In this document: positions 1-13,069 of the stretch, one piece after another
How positions within the stretch are numbered: position 1 is the first letter of the stretch
Layout of the letters: the number at the start of each line of letters is the position of its first letter
Assembly (NCBI RefSeq): GCF_004010195.1
Contig: NW_025215310.1
Location: forward strand, 45,752-90,694
Reading direction: 5' to 3'
Origin: Chiloscyllium plagiosum
Lineage: Eukaryota
DNA: 44,943 nucleotides
Notes under the pieces: generated by a model
Databases searched by the model: none
What the model saw: the letters and a program-made list of their open reading frames with translations, nothing else
Told to the model about the DNA's origin: nothing
Position numbers and translations under genes: made by a program

Positions 1-1269
1 ATAAGTCAATATATGAATAAGAACATAAGAGAATGGGAAGGTAAGACAATGATAATGAGAAAATTTGAGCAGAGTTATATATGCGAATAAGAACAAAAGG
101 GAAGAAGGTGATAAAGTAAGAAGAACTTATGCGAATAATAAGATAAAAGAATGACAATATACGAGTATAAGAGAAAAAGAAAATAAGAACATTTATGAAT
201 ATGCAAATATGAATATAGAATAAAAAACATGAGAGTTAAATCGAAAAAACAACATAAGTGAGTACAAAAAATTGGAACATAACAGTATAGGATCACAGTG
301 GAATAATTAAACAGGAGAACAGAAACAGAAGAGCATTAGAGAATAAGCACATGAATCAGAGAATGACATAAATGGAAAATACGAAAATAAGTGAATTGGA
401 ACATAAATAGAGAGGACATACAAAGTACAGTAGAGTTGAAAATGTAAGTGTATAAGAATGTACGATGTTACTAGAATAAGACCATCAGAAAACAAAAACA
501 AAGTGCTTTTATGAACAAAAAAAGAAGTTCTAAGATAAAATAATAAGAACGGAAAAGAAATCAAGCGATGTGAAGAAGAACATAAGAGAGCAGCAACATC
601 GGAAAATAAAAGAAAATGAGCATAAGAAAAACTCACAAGATCATAAGAGAATAAAAATATCAAAATTAGAGAACAGTAGAATAAGAATTTAAGTGAATAA
701 GTAAATATGATTATTTATGATTAGGAAAAGAAGAACATAAGAGACTAAAATTGGGAGATTAAAATAGAATTCAATATAATTGAATAAGAACGTGAGTGAG
801 CAGAACGTAGGAACGTCAAGCAATAAGAACGTAAGAGAGAATAACACGGATAATCGTATGAACGTAAGAATTTGAAACAGACAAATTAAGAATATGTTTA
901 ATGGCATATGAACATAAAACAATGAAAGCAAAAGATTCGTGTAGAATAAGAATAGTAGAAAAAGAGAATAAGAGAATTTTAACGTAGGAGAAAGCGAATT
1001 GACGAGAATAGGAATACGTGAGAATACAACATACGGCAATAATAAGTAACAGCATAAAATTTAAGTGAATAAGGAATTTAGAGATGAAGACAATAACACT
1101 ACAAGTGAAGAACAGAAGAGGAGAATGAGGACATAAGAGAATGACAACACATGAGAGTAAAATAATAAGACAATAAATTAGGTAGAAAATAAGGGAATGA
1201 AAGAAACGACAACAAAAGAGAATAAGTACATTAACATTGGAGAATAAGAAAACAACAAAATAAAAACGT

Positions 1270-2021
1270 NNNNNNNNNNNNNNNNNNNNNNNNNNNNNNN
1301 NNNNNNNNNNNNNNNNNNNNNNNNNNNNNNNNNNNNNNNNNNNNNNNNNNNNNNNNNNNNNNNNNNNNNNNNNNNNNNNNNNNNNNNNNNNNNNNNNNNN
1401 NNNNNNNNNNNNNNNNNNNNNNNNNNNNNNNNNNNNNNNNNNNNNNNNNNNNNNNNNNNNNNNNNNNNNNNNNNNNNNNNNNNNNNNNNNNNNNNNNNNN
1501 NNNNNNNNNNNNNNNNNNNNNNNNNNNNNNNNNNNNNNNNNNNNNNNNNNNNNNNNNNNNNNNNNNNNNNNNNNNNNNNNNNNNNNNNNNNNNNNNNNNN
1601 NNNNNNNNNNNNNNNNNNNNNNNNNNNNNNNNNNNNNNNNNNNNNNNNNNNNNNNNNNNNNNNNNNNNNNNNNNNNNNNNNNNNNNNNNNNNNNNNNNNN
1701 NNNNNNNNNNNNNNNNNNNNNNNNNNNNNNNNNNNNNNNNNNNNNNNNNNNNNNNNNNNNNNNNNNNNNNNNNNNNNNNNNNNNNNNNNNNNNNNNNNNN
1801 NNNNNNNNNNNNNNNNNNNNNNNNNNNNNNNNNNNNNNNNNNNNNNNNNNNNNNNNNNNNNNNNNNNNNNNNNNNNNNNNNNNNNNNNNNNNNNNNNNNN
1901 NNNNNNNNNNNNNNNNNNNNNNNNNNNNNNNNNNNNNNNNNNNNNNNNNNNNNNNNNNNNNNNNNNNNNNNNNNNNNNNNNNNNNNNNNNNNNNNNNNNN
2001 NNNNNNNNNNNNNNNNNNNNN
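1270..2021. other. Assembly gap (N run)
   Basis: Continuous N bases. Confidence 1.
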
Positions 2022-2389
2022 GAATAAGAACACAGGTGAGTGTGACCGCAAGAACAAAAGTGAATTAGAATACACAAAGGCAACACAACATAAGTGAATA
2101 TCTGAATATAGACATAAGGGAATGTGAAGGTTAGATGAAAAGAACATAGGTGAATTCGAATATACATCAATATACGAATTAGAACATAGAGAATAGCATG
2201 GTGAGTAAATAAGAACCAAAGTGAATGACGAGTTAAAAACATACGAGAATAAGGGAATAAGAACATAATAACATTTATGATCATGGACATAAACGCTAAA
2301 GATATAAACATTTTAGAACTGAAAGTGAAAAATAATATAAGTGAATAAGAACATAACCGAGTAGAAACATAGAAACATAAGAGACTAGT

Positions 2390-2681
2390 GGGCGGCACGG
2401 TGGCACAGTGGTTCGCACTGCTGCCTCGCAGCGCGAGAGACTCGGGTTCAATTCCTGCCTCAGGTGACTGACTGTGTGGAGTTTGCACGTTCTCCCCATG
2501 TCTGCGTGGGATTCCTCCGGGTGGTCCGGTTTCCTCCCACAGTCCAAAGATGTGCAGGTCAGGTGAATTGGCGACGCTAAATTGCCCGTAGTGTAGGGGT
2601 ATGGCTGGGTTGCGCTTCGGCGGGTTGGTGTGGACTTGTTGGGCCGAAGGGCCTGTTTCCGCACTGTAATCTCATCTCATC
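2390..2681 (+). mobile_element. tRNA-derived SINE, HE1/V-SINE type
   Basis: Head gggcggcacggtggcacagtggtt (A box) and gggttcaattcc (B box); V-domain tgtgtggagtttgcacgttctcccc...ggtttcctcccacagtccaaaga; CR1-like tail ttgggccgaagggcctgtttcc followed by taatctcatctcatc. Confidence 0.92.
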
Positions 2682-2994
2682 AAATAAGAACATTGGAGAA
2701 GAAGACCGTGAATAACAGAATCAGAACATAGAAACATGAATGAATAAGATCATGACAGTTAGGACGCAAGCAAATACTACAAGAAGAGCATAAGATTAAA
2801 AGCATGAGAATATGAGAGAATCAAATCAAAACAGAGGAAAGGTATAACAGTAAGAGAACGAGACAATAAGAACATGAGAACTGAATATCATAACAATATA
2901 AGACAATAACGACCCAGCAGAATGAAACACGAAAAAGAGAATAATAGAACAAGATCCATGAGAATGCAACATAAACCATGATACACTGATATAC

Positions 2995-4020
2995 GTGTTT
3001 TTGGCGATAAAGGGCAGAGGCAACAACAAAGGCTGAGTCGAAACAGGAAACAATCACCAACCAGGAGTGTTCTCTCGCAGTTGGGGAGTTCTTTAGTGGT
3101 CCAGGGCATTCGGCCTTAAATCTTCGGTTGTCCATCCTCCAAGACTAAATGTGAGCTTGGCAAAAATGCAAAGTGGCCGAGCAGAGGCTGCCAGCCAAGT
3201 TTGGTACTCATGGGGATGGCGACAAGCGTAAACTTGGGTTCATGTCACACTACAGGTGACCTCACTACACTGAGATTTCTCTCACAAACATGCTCACAAG
3301 CGCACACGTGCATGTAAACACATAGGGGCGTGCGCACAAACACACATACACAAACACACATACACACAGACCTGGACACTCACACAAACTCTCTCTCACA
3401 CAAATGCTCTCCCACATGCGCGCACATATGTATCCCCACACTCAAACCCACGCACGCACCCTTTCAATAACGTATACCCCATTGCACGCACATACACACA
3501 CGCTCTAATGGACACTCACGTGACCACATACACACTCACATGCACACACTCACTTGGTCTCCCCTGCACTCACACACATATAAAGATTTTTGTATGAAAT
3601 TGTACTTGCTGCACAACATTTTATTTTGCGCGAAAACTGCATTATTCATTTAAGATTCTGAAAATCCCATTTTAGAAATGCAATCAGTCTGAACGAACAT
3701 TGGGACACAGACTTTAACCTCACACCTTCAATGCATTATCTGATCTGAAACAGCTTCTATTTTTAAAATTATGTTGATCATATAAAAAATCTGGGATTTA
3801 CATGTGAATGAACTGAAAATAACATGATCATTCCAAATGATACAAGACTAAAGCTAATTTTGTTTAATATTTAATTCCATGTCACTGCAATCTTGTTGCG
3901 TTAAATTCTGTGTCTTGTGATTCTGGTCCACAACCATTTAATGACGAAGCAGCGCTTCGAAAGATAAAGCTTCCAGGGAAATCTGTTCACCTACAAACTG
4001 GTGTTGTGAAATTTTAACTT
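2995..4020 (+). mobile_element. Penelope-like element 3' fragment (GIY-YIG C-terminus, CA-rich 3' UTR, degenerate hammerhead)
   Basis: Translates to TITNQECSLAVGEFFSGPGHSALNLRLSILQ...VAEQRLPAKFGTHGDGDKRKLGFMSHYR*, the typical end of a Penelope endonuclease. Terminus ttaatgac-gaagc-agc-gcttc-gaaa...ggtgttgtgaaattttaactt. Confidence 0.8.
3262..3580. repeat. Degenerate (CA)n-rich microsatellite inside the Penelope 3' UTR
   Basis: cacacataca caaacacaca tacacacaga... visible directly. Confidence 0.85.
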
Positions 4021-4619
4021 GACTCAATGTGAAAATAATAGAATAAGCACATACAGAAGCAAGCGAATAAGAGAATAAGAATTTTCGAGATTATGAATAA
4101 GAGAATACTAAAGGGTAAGAAAAGAGTAAGAACAGAATGCACAATGACCAAATAAGGGATTGAGAACATCAGGTAATAAGTGCATGGGGTAATAATTTAA
4201 GAAGAATATAAGAGCTTAAGACAGTGAGAATATAAATGCAAAAGAGATTAAGAAAAATACGAGTAAAAATAGAAAAGAATTATCTCTTAAGATAATGAGC
4301 ACTTCAGAGAAAAAGCACATAATTGAATGAGAGAATAAGGACACAAAGGAAGTAGAACGGAAGTGAATATGCGAATAATAACACAAGGGTACATGAATTT
4401 AAAATAAGAAATACATTCGAGTTTAAAATGTAGGAGGAGAATAGCATAGGAGAGTAATAGGATTAGACTTTCAGATAAATGAGACGTCAGAGCATTTATG
4501 AATAACAAAATAAATGCAGAAATTAAAATCATAAGAATTAAAGAGAAATCAACATAAGTGAAGAACTACGTATGTGAGGAGGAACAGAATAACATAAGAG
4601 ATCATGCTCATAAAATGTG

Positions 4620-4940
4620 ATGGGGATATGATGGCTTAATTGTATAATCAGTCTGTAAATCCAGCGAACCATGACAAAATGTGGAATTTGATTTCAACAA
4701 ATATTTGGAATCAAAAATCTAATGACTGCTCTATATACATTGCCTCTGCTCGAAATAAAAGCTCCATCTGTCTCATTAATGCCCTTTAGTGAAGGAAACT
4801 GTCAATACTTAACTGGTCTAGCCGCCATGTGACTCCAGCTCAGTAACAAATTGGCTGACATTCAGCTACTTGCTGGGCTTTTAGGGATGGGCAATAAATG
4901 CTGCCTCACCAGCAATGCCCTCATCCTCACAAAGAATACA
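4620..4940 (+). mobile_element. Old SINE fragment, DeuSINE/SacSINE1-like
   Basis: Internal ctcattaatgccctttagtgaaggaaactg...catgtgactccag and 3' tail tagggatgggcaataaatgctg...cagcaatgccctcatcc, resembling the Deu-domain SINE tail. Confidence 0.6.
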
Positions 4941-5087
4941 GAAAAAAACAATAAGACAAAAACAACATAATATCATGAGAGAACAAAGCTTTAAATATGA
5001 GTTCGAGAGAACAAGACAATAAGAACATAAGTTAAGAAGACCATAAGATGATTTATGATCATGAAAAGAAGAATATAAGGAAACACA

Positions 5088-5364
5088 GTTTGGGAGATGA
5101 TTTGTAGCTCGGGTGCTTGTTGTTGTGGTTCTGTTCGCCGAGCTGGGGATTTGTGTTGCAGACGTTTCGTTCCCTGTCTAGGTGACATCCTCAGTGCTTG
5201 GGAGCCTCCTGTGAAGCGCTTCTGTGATGTCATCGCTATACATGCCAGACGAAACATCACAGAAGCGCTTCACAGGAGGCTCCCAAGCACTGAGGATGTC
5301 ACCTAGAGAGGGGACGAAATGTCTGCAACACAAATTCCCAGCTCGGCGAACAGAATCACAACAA
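5088..5364. mobile_element. Palindromic mini-Penelope element (inverted pLTR arms) with TSD
   Basis: Arms 5120-5230 and 5254-5364 are near-perfect reverse complements around a 23-bp spacer. Flanked by ataaggaaaca at 5075-5085 and 5364-5374. Confidence 0.85.
5287..5326 (+). ncRNA. Minimal type I hammerhead ribozyme motif (mirror copy on - strand at ~5158-5197)
   Basis: gca-CTGAGGA-t-gtcacct-agag-aggggac-GAAA-t-GTC-tgc: CUGANGA and GAAA cores, stem II, stem I gca/tgc, GUC cleavage triplet. Confidence 0.7.
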
Positions 5365-8153
5365 TAAGGAAACAGAATCAAAACACTGCAGATACATGAA
5401 CAAAGGCGATAAAGAATATATGTGAAGCGGATTATAGAAACAGAAGGTAGTAAGAACATAAGATAATAAAAGCTTGAAAAACACAATTTATCTTTTAGAC
5501 TAAAAACCTAAGAACGTAAGAGGATCAGAACAGAAGAGAATGCGAGTACATGAACAGTGGAAGAAATGAATAAAACACAGAGAATATAAGAGAATAAGAA
5601 CAGACGAAAATAGGAACATTGGAGAATAAGAGAATTAGACCATGAGAAATGAAGATCATAAAAACATAATAGAACAAGACAGAACTAAGAATCTAAGATA
5701 AGAAAATAAAATCATAATAGTCCACGAATGTACGAGATAAAGAGAACAAGGCTCGAAGACAGTAACAGAATAAGACAATAAGAATATTAGGGAATGTGTA
5801 CAGAAGTGAATAGGATAATAAAAATATAACTGAGTAAGAACATAAGGGATTGAGAACATGATAACAAAAGAATTAAGATTGTATATAACAGTCAAATAAT
5901 ATTAACAGAACAGATTAAGAATGTAACATCATGGAAACATAAGAGCGTAGACACAGAAGTGATTCAGAACATCAGAGAATACGACGGTAAGACAACAAAA
6001 ACATTAAAAAATCGCATCCTTAGTGAATATGCGATTGAGGACATAAGTGAAAGCAAAGATGATATAATAAGGGCATAAAAGACTAACACAATAAGACCGT
6101 AAAAACAGATGAGAATAAGATAATTAAGACATAAGATGTTTGATGAATATTAACATCAGAACATAAGATTAGAAAAGAAAACAACAAGTAAAAACCAACT
6201 TAAGTGAAAATGACTGAAAGATCGTCGGAACAAAGTAATATAATAGAATAGGAACAAAAGAGAATAAGAACGTAGAACAAGAAAATAAGAGCCTCAGAGA
6301 GTAAAAATAAACATGAATAAAAGAATTCAAGAACAAAATAATTAGAACACAAGTGAGCAATAGCATAAAAGAACAAGGCCATAATGGATGAAGAGAATTT
6401 GAGAATATAAGAAAGAAAGAACATGACAACATACGAATATAAAAACAGAACTAAATAAAAACAAACGTGACAGAACAAGTACAAAGAAAATACGGTCATA
6501 AAACATCATTGATTAAGAACACAAGAGCGTGAGGACAGGAAACAAATGCGAATGAGAACATCAGAACACAAGTGAATCAGAACATATATATGAAAATGCG
6601 AATGAGAAAATAAGAAAATGCAAATATATGTTAATAGAAACTTAGGAGATTCAGAACGTTGTGAATGAGACTATAATAGAATTGGAAGGCAAGGTCATAA
6701 GAAGGTAAGAGAATTTGAGCACAAGTGATTAGGTGAACAAGAAGGTACGAGAATAGGTTGGTAAGATAATACGAACCTGAGGTAATAACATCATAAAAGC
6801 ATACGAACATATGAGAATAGGGGAATAAGAAGATAGGAGCATTTATGGATCTGAAAATAAGAACACAGCAGAGTGAAACATAAGATTCACAGAGAAAACA
6901 GCACAAGTTAATAAGGACATAACAGGTAAGAACATAGGAACGTAAGTGACTAAGAACACAAGAGAATAAGAACATATTGGATCAGGAAGATAAGAGTATT
7001 AAAGAATGAGAACACGAATAATAAAATTAAAGAACAGAAGAATAAAAACATAAGTAAATAACAATGAAGAGAATAAGAGTGCAAGCCAAAGAGAACGAGA
7101 GAATAAGAACATGAGAAATAGATATCATAAGAACATAAGGCAATGATAATCTAAAAAATAAGACATCAGTAAGTGAATAACCGAATAAGAGTAAATGAGA
7201 ATACAACATGATCCAATGGGAACATAATAGAATAAGACAAAAAGAAAATTCGGGAGTAAGAACATAAGATTACTCGAGAGTAAGACCAGCCAATGGTCAG
7301 TACAGAAGAGAATACGATAATAAGAATGTAAGACATTAATATGATCATATCATGAGAGAAAAAGAGAATAAGATAATGTGAACCGCAGAGAATAAATACA
7401 TTAGATAATGTTACAATAAGAATATGAGTGAGAAATAACATTAAGGAATGAGACAATAGGAACAACAGAGAATAAGAACATGCGAATATAAGAAAATAAA
7501 AAGAGCACAGAATAAAAACATAAGATAGTCAGGTCATAAGTACATTACAGAATACGAAAACAGGAGCGAATGAGAAGCAGAACAAAGTGAATATGCGAAT
7601 AAAATACAAAGGAACAAGATGTTAAATAATAAGCACATTGGAGATTAAAAAAGCTAAACGCATAAGAACATAGGAGAGTGAGACAAGAAAATCATAAGAG
7701 GACAAAACAAAGAGCATTTACGAATAAGGAAAGAAACACATAAAATAAAGTCATAAGAAATAAATAGTTTCCAATGCAAGTGAAAAAGACCATAAAGAGA
7801 GCAGGGCCACAGGATTATAAGAGAGAAAGAACATACGAGAAAAACAACTTAAGAGCAACATAGAATAAAAGGTGTAAATATGAGAATTAGAGAATGAAAG
7901 AATAAGAACTTAAGTGAATAGGTAACTAAGAACATTCATGATTTGAAAGATGAACGTAAGAGAATAAAATCAGAAAACATAAGGGAAATCAACTGAGGTG
8001 AATAAGAACGTAACTGTGGCAGATCATAGGAGCATAAGGTTGTAAGGACAAAACTGAACAAGGACATGGGAGCATGAAATTGAGAGACAAGATACAGACA
8101 ACAAGTAAAACCAATATATTTTACAAAATGCCTTGCAAGAACTGTAATTAACA

Positions 8154-8470
8154 TTAGATTAGATGCCCTACATTGTGGAAACAGGCCCTTCGGCCCAACA
8201 AGTCCACACCAATCCTCTGAAGATTAACCTACCCAGACTCATTTCCCTCTGACTTACGCATCTAACCTATGCGCAATTTTAGCATTGCCAATTCATCTGA
8301 CCTGCACATTTTCGGACGGTGGGAGGAAACTGGAGGACCGGAAGGAAACGCAGGTAGAAATGGGGAGAAGATGCAAACTCCACACAGACAGTCGCCCAGC
8401 TCGGGAATCGAACCTGGGACTCTGGTAATATGAGGCAGCAATGCTAACCACTGAGCTATTGTGTTGCCCC
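8154..8470 (-). mobile_element. HE1/V-SINE-type SINE
   Basis: Reverse complement begins ggggcaacacaatagctcagtggttagcattgctgcctca...caggttcgattccc and ends gggccgaagggcctgtttccac...atctaatctaa. Confidence 0.9.
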
Positions 8471-8932
8471 AAGCTAGATTGGACAAGCAGGCAGAAATCT
8501 AGCCATCAGGAAACATGAACATCAACCCACCACAAAACTCAATTGTCCACTCTCACAAATATCCTGACACACGGATGAGGAAGGACACCACTTCGCCTGG
8601 GACAACACATACATCCTAGTACAAGCCAAACATAGGCATACATGGGAATTACTGGAAGCATGGCTTTCCAACCGGAACTCTGTCAACAATCACATAGACT
8701 TGGATCCCATTTACCACGCCCGGAGAAATAAAACAAGAAATGATTTCACCATAGGAACTGACGTCACTGCAGCAAATTCCATTACCAATTCGAGGAAACT
8801 CAAACATCGAAAAAGAAAATGGGCTACGCCACCAGTAATTCTTTCGAAGATTCACTGAAGTCGTAACCTGGTATGATGGTGAAACGTCTGATAACGAACC
8901 TTCCAGATCAGCGAGCAAACCTATACCGAACC
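8471..8932 (+). mobile_element. Penelope-like element 3' fragment (GIY-YIG endonuclease remnant plus degenerate hammerhead)
   Basis: Frame reads *IGQAGRNLAIRKHEHQ...S*HTDEEGHHFAWDNTYILVQAKHRHTWELLEAWLSNRNSVNNHIDLDPIYH; tca-CTGAAGt...GAAACGTC-tga at 8852-8891. Confidence 0.85.
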
Positions 8933-9125
8933 AAACAGAATAATTATGTAAGTACATAACAGAATAAGAAAATAGGACCACAATAAAATAACAGCATAAG
9001 AGAGTAAGAATATAAGGCGATCCGAAACGACCACTAACATGTAATAAAAGAATAAGAACATTCATGAATGAACAGTAATGAGCAAGCGAAAAAGAATGTC
9101 AAAGGATAAGAGCATAATAAAAAAA

Positions 9126-9994
9126 NNNNNNNNNNNNNNNNNNNNNNNNNNNNNNNNNNNNNNNNNNNNNNNNNNNNNNNNNNNNNNNNNNNNNNNNNNN
9201 NNNNNNNNNNNNNNNNNNNNNNNNNNNNNNNNNNNNNNNNNNNNNNNNNNNNNNNNNNNNNNNNNNNNNNNNNNNNNNNNNNNNNNNNNNNNNNNNNNNN
9301 NNNNNNNNNNNNNNNNNNNNNNNNNNNNNNNNNNNNNNNNNNNNNNNNNNNNNNNNNNNNNNNNNNNNNNNNNNNNNNNNNNNNNNNNNNNNNNNNNNNN
9401 NNNNNNNNNNNNNNNNNNNNNNNNNNNNNNNNNNNNNNNNNNNNNNNNNNNNNNNNNNNNNNNNNNNNNNNNNNNNNNNNNNNNNNNNNNNNNNNNNNNN
9501 NNNNNNNNNNNNNNNNNNNNNNNNNNNNNNNNNNNNNNNNNNNNNNNNNNNNNNNNNNNNNNNNNNNNNNNNNNNNNNNNNNNNNNNNNNNNNNNNNNNN
9601 NNNNNNNNNNNNNNNNNNNNNNNNNNNNNNNNNNNNNNNNNNNNNNNNNNNNNNNNNNNNNNNNNNNNNNNNNNNNNNNNNNNNNNNNNNNNNNNNNNNN
9701 NNNNNNNNNNNNNNNNNNNNNNNNNNNNNNNNNNNNNNNNNNNNNNNNNNNNNNNNNNNNNNNNNNNNNNNNNNNNNNNNNNNNNNNNNNNNNNNNNNNN
9801 NNNNNNNNNNNNNNNNNNNNNNNNNNNNNNNNNNNNNNNNNNNNNNNNNNNNNNNNNNNNNNNNNNNNNNNNNNNNNNNNNNNNNNNNNNNNNNNNNNNN
9901 NNNNNNNNNNNNNNNNNNNNNNNNNNNNNNNNNNNNNNNNNNNNNNNNNNNNNNNNNNNNNNNNNNNNNNNNNNNNNNNNNNNNNNNNNNNNNN
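9126..9994. other. Assembly gap (N run)
   Basis: Continuous N bases. Confidence 1.
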
Positions 9995-10910
9995 GGACAC
10001 GATAGACCGTGAGGACCTTAATTCAATTTTTCTCATTAAAGGTTTTATTCTTGAACAATCTAGAGATTCTAAATGTAGTTATGTCGCCTGATCCTGATGG
10101 AATACATCCCAGGGTGCTCAAAGAAATGGTAAAAGTTACACTCGATGCGTTAATGATAATTTATCAGAATTCACTGGACTGCGGGCAGGACATGTCATAC
10201 TGGAAGACGGTGAATTTCACGCCAATGTCTGTAAAAAGGGTGAAGGCGAAAAAGAAGTAACTACATGCCAGTTAGCTTATTATCTGTAGTCGGGGAAATG
10301 CTGGAGGAAATCATGAATGAAGAAAGAGTGAGACATCTAGTGTAAAGGGTTCCATTCAGACAGACGCAGTATGGATTCAGGAAGAGAGCCTTGTGTTTGT
10401 TATATTTTCTGGAATTGATTGAGGATGAAGCAAGCACGATGGATGGAGGGGAACAGGTGGATGATATGTACTTGGATTTCCAGAAGGCCGTCAATAATGT
10501 CGAGAGTGTGGTGCTGCATGCCAGGCTGCATCTGAGAAGTAGGACAGTCGAGGTTTCGGTCATAAGCCCTTCACAATGTCACATAAACAGATGAAATACA
10601 TAGATAACGTAGAGGAAGTCAAGTTATTTCAGTCAATGGATGAGACTCGGACTAAGATGTCCTCAAGATTAGCAGGAGCAGTTTTAGGACAGAGATGAGG
10701 AGGAACCGCTTTCCTCAGAGAGGTATGAACCTAAGGAATCGTCTGCTTCCATGAGGTGGCAGAGGCATCTTCACTAAAAATATTCATGGTTGGGTAATTA
10801 TGGGTATGAGGAGCACAGTCGATGGACAAATCAGCCATGATCTTAATGAATGTCGGAGCAGGTGTGAAGGACTAAAAGGCCCACTCTTGGTCTATTCCTC
10901 TGAATCTATG
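9995..10910 (+). mobile_element. Decayed CR1 LINE fragments (RT N-terminal part and 3' end)
   Basis: SPDPDGIHPRVLKEM...IYQNSLD, FLELIEDEASTMDGGEQVDDMYLDFQKA; 3' UTR gatcttaatgaatgtcggagcagg... Confidence 0.85.
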
Positions 10911-13069
10911 AAACTAATAAACTATGAATTAAACGAGAAGAGAATAAGAGAACAAGAACGTAAGAGTACAACAACGCAACCGTATAAGAAAATGAGATCA
11001 TAAGAGACTAAGAAAATAAGAGAATGGAAATGAATAGGAGATTGCGAACATAAGAAAATAAGAGCAGAAAAGAATGAGCATTTAAGAAAATAAGAACATA
11101 AGATAACAACAGATTAGGATAAACTAATGAGTACGTCAAAGATAACCAACATCAGAGAATGTGAAGGGAGATTAATCAGAGCATGAGAAAACAAAATTGT
11201 AAGATTATAAGAAAATAATAAAATACGAACATTCGACACGAGAATAGGAGGATAACAAAATTATACTATAACAGTTTAAGAACAGAAGATATTAAGACCA
11301 TCATGACACCAGTGATCGATAAGAGAATAAAAACATAAGAGTAAAAGAACAGAACAGAGTAAGAACACAGGAGGATCAGCACATAAGACCAATGGAGAAC
11401 AACAACATGAGAGGTGAAGAACTTAAGAAAAAAATAGAATAAAAACATAAGACAAAAAGACATAAGAGGTTACGACCTGAGACAAAAATGGACACAAGGT
11501 AATAAGAACATATGAGAATAAGAATATTATGAATAAGAACATAAGTGAATGTGAACTAAAGAAAAAAAAACAATAAGAAAATGAGTGAATCGGGACATCA
11601 GAAAGGAAAGGCATAAGAGAATAATTCTAATGCGAACTAATGCAAACCCCTCTCCTATACTATCTCATCGTAATGTTTATTCTCATCCAAGGACTGCTTA
11701 AATGCTCCAAATGTGGCTGAGTTAACTACATTGGCAGGCAGGGAATTCCACGCCTTTACCACTCTCTGAATAAGGAATCTGCCGCTGACATCTATCTTAA
11801 ATCTGTCACCAACTAAATTGCAGCTGGGACCGCTCGTACAAGACGACGTCATCATCCCAGGAAAACGACTCTCATTGTCCACCTTATCTAATCCTCTGAT
11901 CTTCTTGTACGTCTCCTCTTAGTCACGTGCTCTCCAACGAGAAGAGACCAATGTCCCACAACTTTTCCTCATAAGACCTTCGCTCCAGACCAGGCAAAAT
12001 ACTCGTAAATCTCCTCTTCACCATTTCCAGTGCTTCCACATCCTTCCTGTAATGGGGCGACCAGAACTACACGAAATATCCCATGTGAGGTCGCACTAGT
12101 GTTTTGCACATTTGCAGCATGACATCATGGCTCCGGAACTCAATTCCACTTCCAATACAAACTAACAAACCATCTGCCCTCTTAACAGCACTATCGATCT
12201 GTGTGGCAACTTTCAGGGATCGATCCACATGGATACCAAGTTCCCCCTGCACGTCCACACTACCAAGAGCCTTTCTAAACACCAAGTATTCGGCCTTCCT
12301 GTTATTCTTCCCAAAGTATATCACCTCACATTTATCTGCATTGAACTCTACTTACTAAATCTCACCTAATTCTGCTATTTATCCAAATTTCCCTGCAACC
12401 TACAAAATTCTCCCACACTGTCCATTACTCATTCGACTTTAGCATCATCTATAAACTTACTAAGCAATTCACATACGCTGGCGTCCAAGTCATTTGTAAA
12501 AATGACAAACGGTATTGTCCCAAAACACTTGGTTGTGACACAGCACAAGTAACTGGACTTCAGGGTGAATATTTTCCATCAACCACCACTTCATTTCTTG
12601 TTACAGAAAGCGAATTTCGAATTTAAATTGCTAAATCACTCTCAATACCATACCTCTGCGTGTTCTTCAAAAGCTTAGGTTGTGGAAACTTTTCAAAGGC
12701 TTTACTGATGTCCATGTACACCCCGCCAACTTCCCTACCCTCATCCACATGCTTGGTCACTTCCTCAAAACATTCAGTGCTGTCTGCCCGTGACGAAATC
12801 ATGTTGACTATCTCCAATCAAATTGTTACTTGCTCGATGATTATAAATCCTTCCACTTATAATCCTTTTCAAACCTTTTCTTCCAACCGACGTAAAGCTC
12901 ATTGGTCTATAATTACCTGGGTAATCTGGAATTCCCTTCTTACACAAGGGCACAGCTTTTGCAAAGCTCCAGTCCTCTGTTACTAAACCTTCAGACAATG
13001 ACGACTCAAAACGCAAGGCCAAAGTTTCCACCATCTTCTCCCTCGTTTGCCGGATAATCCTTGTATAAA

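Larger units (their letters stand above)
1..11625. repeat. Long decayed A/G-rich tandem repeat built on 8-mers GAACATAA / GAGAATAA / GTGAATAA, interrupted by TEs and gaps
   Basis: Motifs such as aataagaacataagagaat and gtgaataagaacataa recur from base 1 to ~11625. The + strand is extremely A/purine rich, and the minus-strand ORFs here are F/L/Y/S/I low-complexity artefacts. Confidence 0.85.

Noticed and set aside
2390..2465. tRNA-like sequence with A and B boxes (also at 8400-8470, 22766, 37623, 44524)
   Set aside because: These are SINE heads followed by V-domain and LINE-derived tails, not tRNA genes.
816..2488. Long ORFs of 467 and 436 aa (likewise 9062-10091, 13792-14604, 41519-42232)
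   Set aside because: Their length comes from reading through N gaps.
4991..5486. Similar ORFs on both strands at 5 kb and 13 kb (RRAGDLCC...WEPPVKRF)
   Set aside because: A by-product of the inverted-repeat element; there is no coding evidence.
75..8154. Many hydrophobic F/L/Y/S/I-rich minus-strand ORFs resembling membrane proteins
   Set aside because: They are translations of the T-rich strand of the simple repeat, occur in overlapping frames and carry no family motifs.
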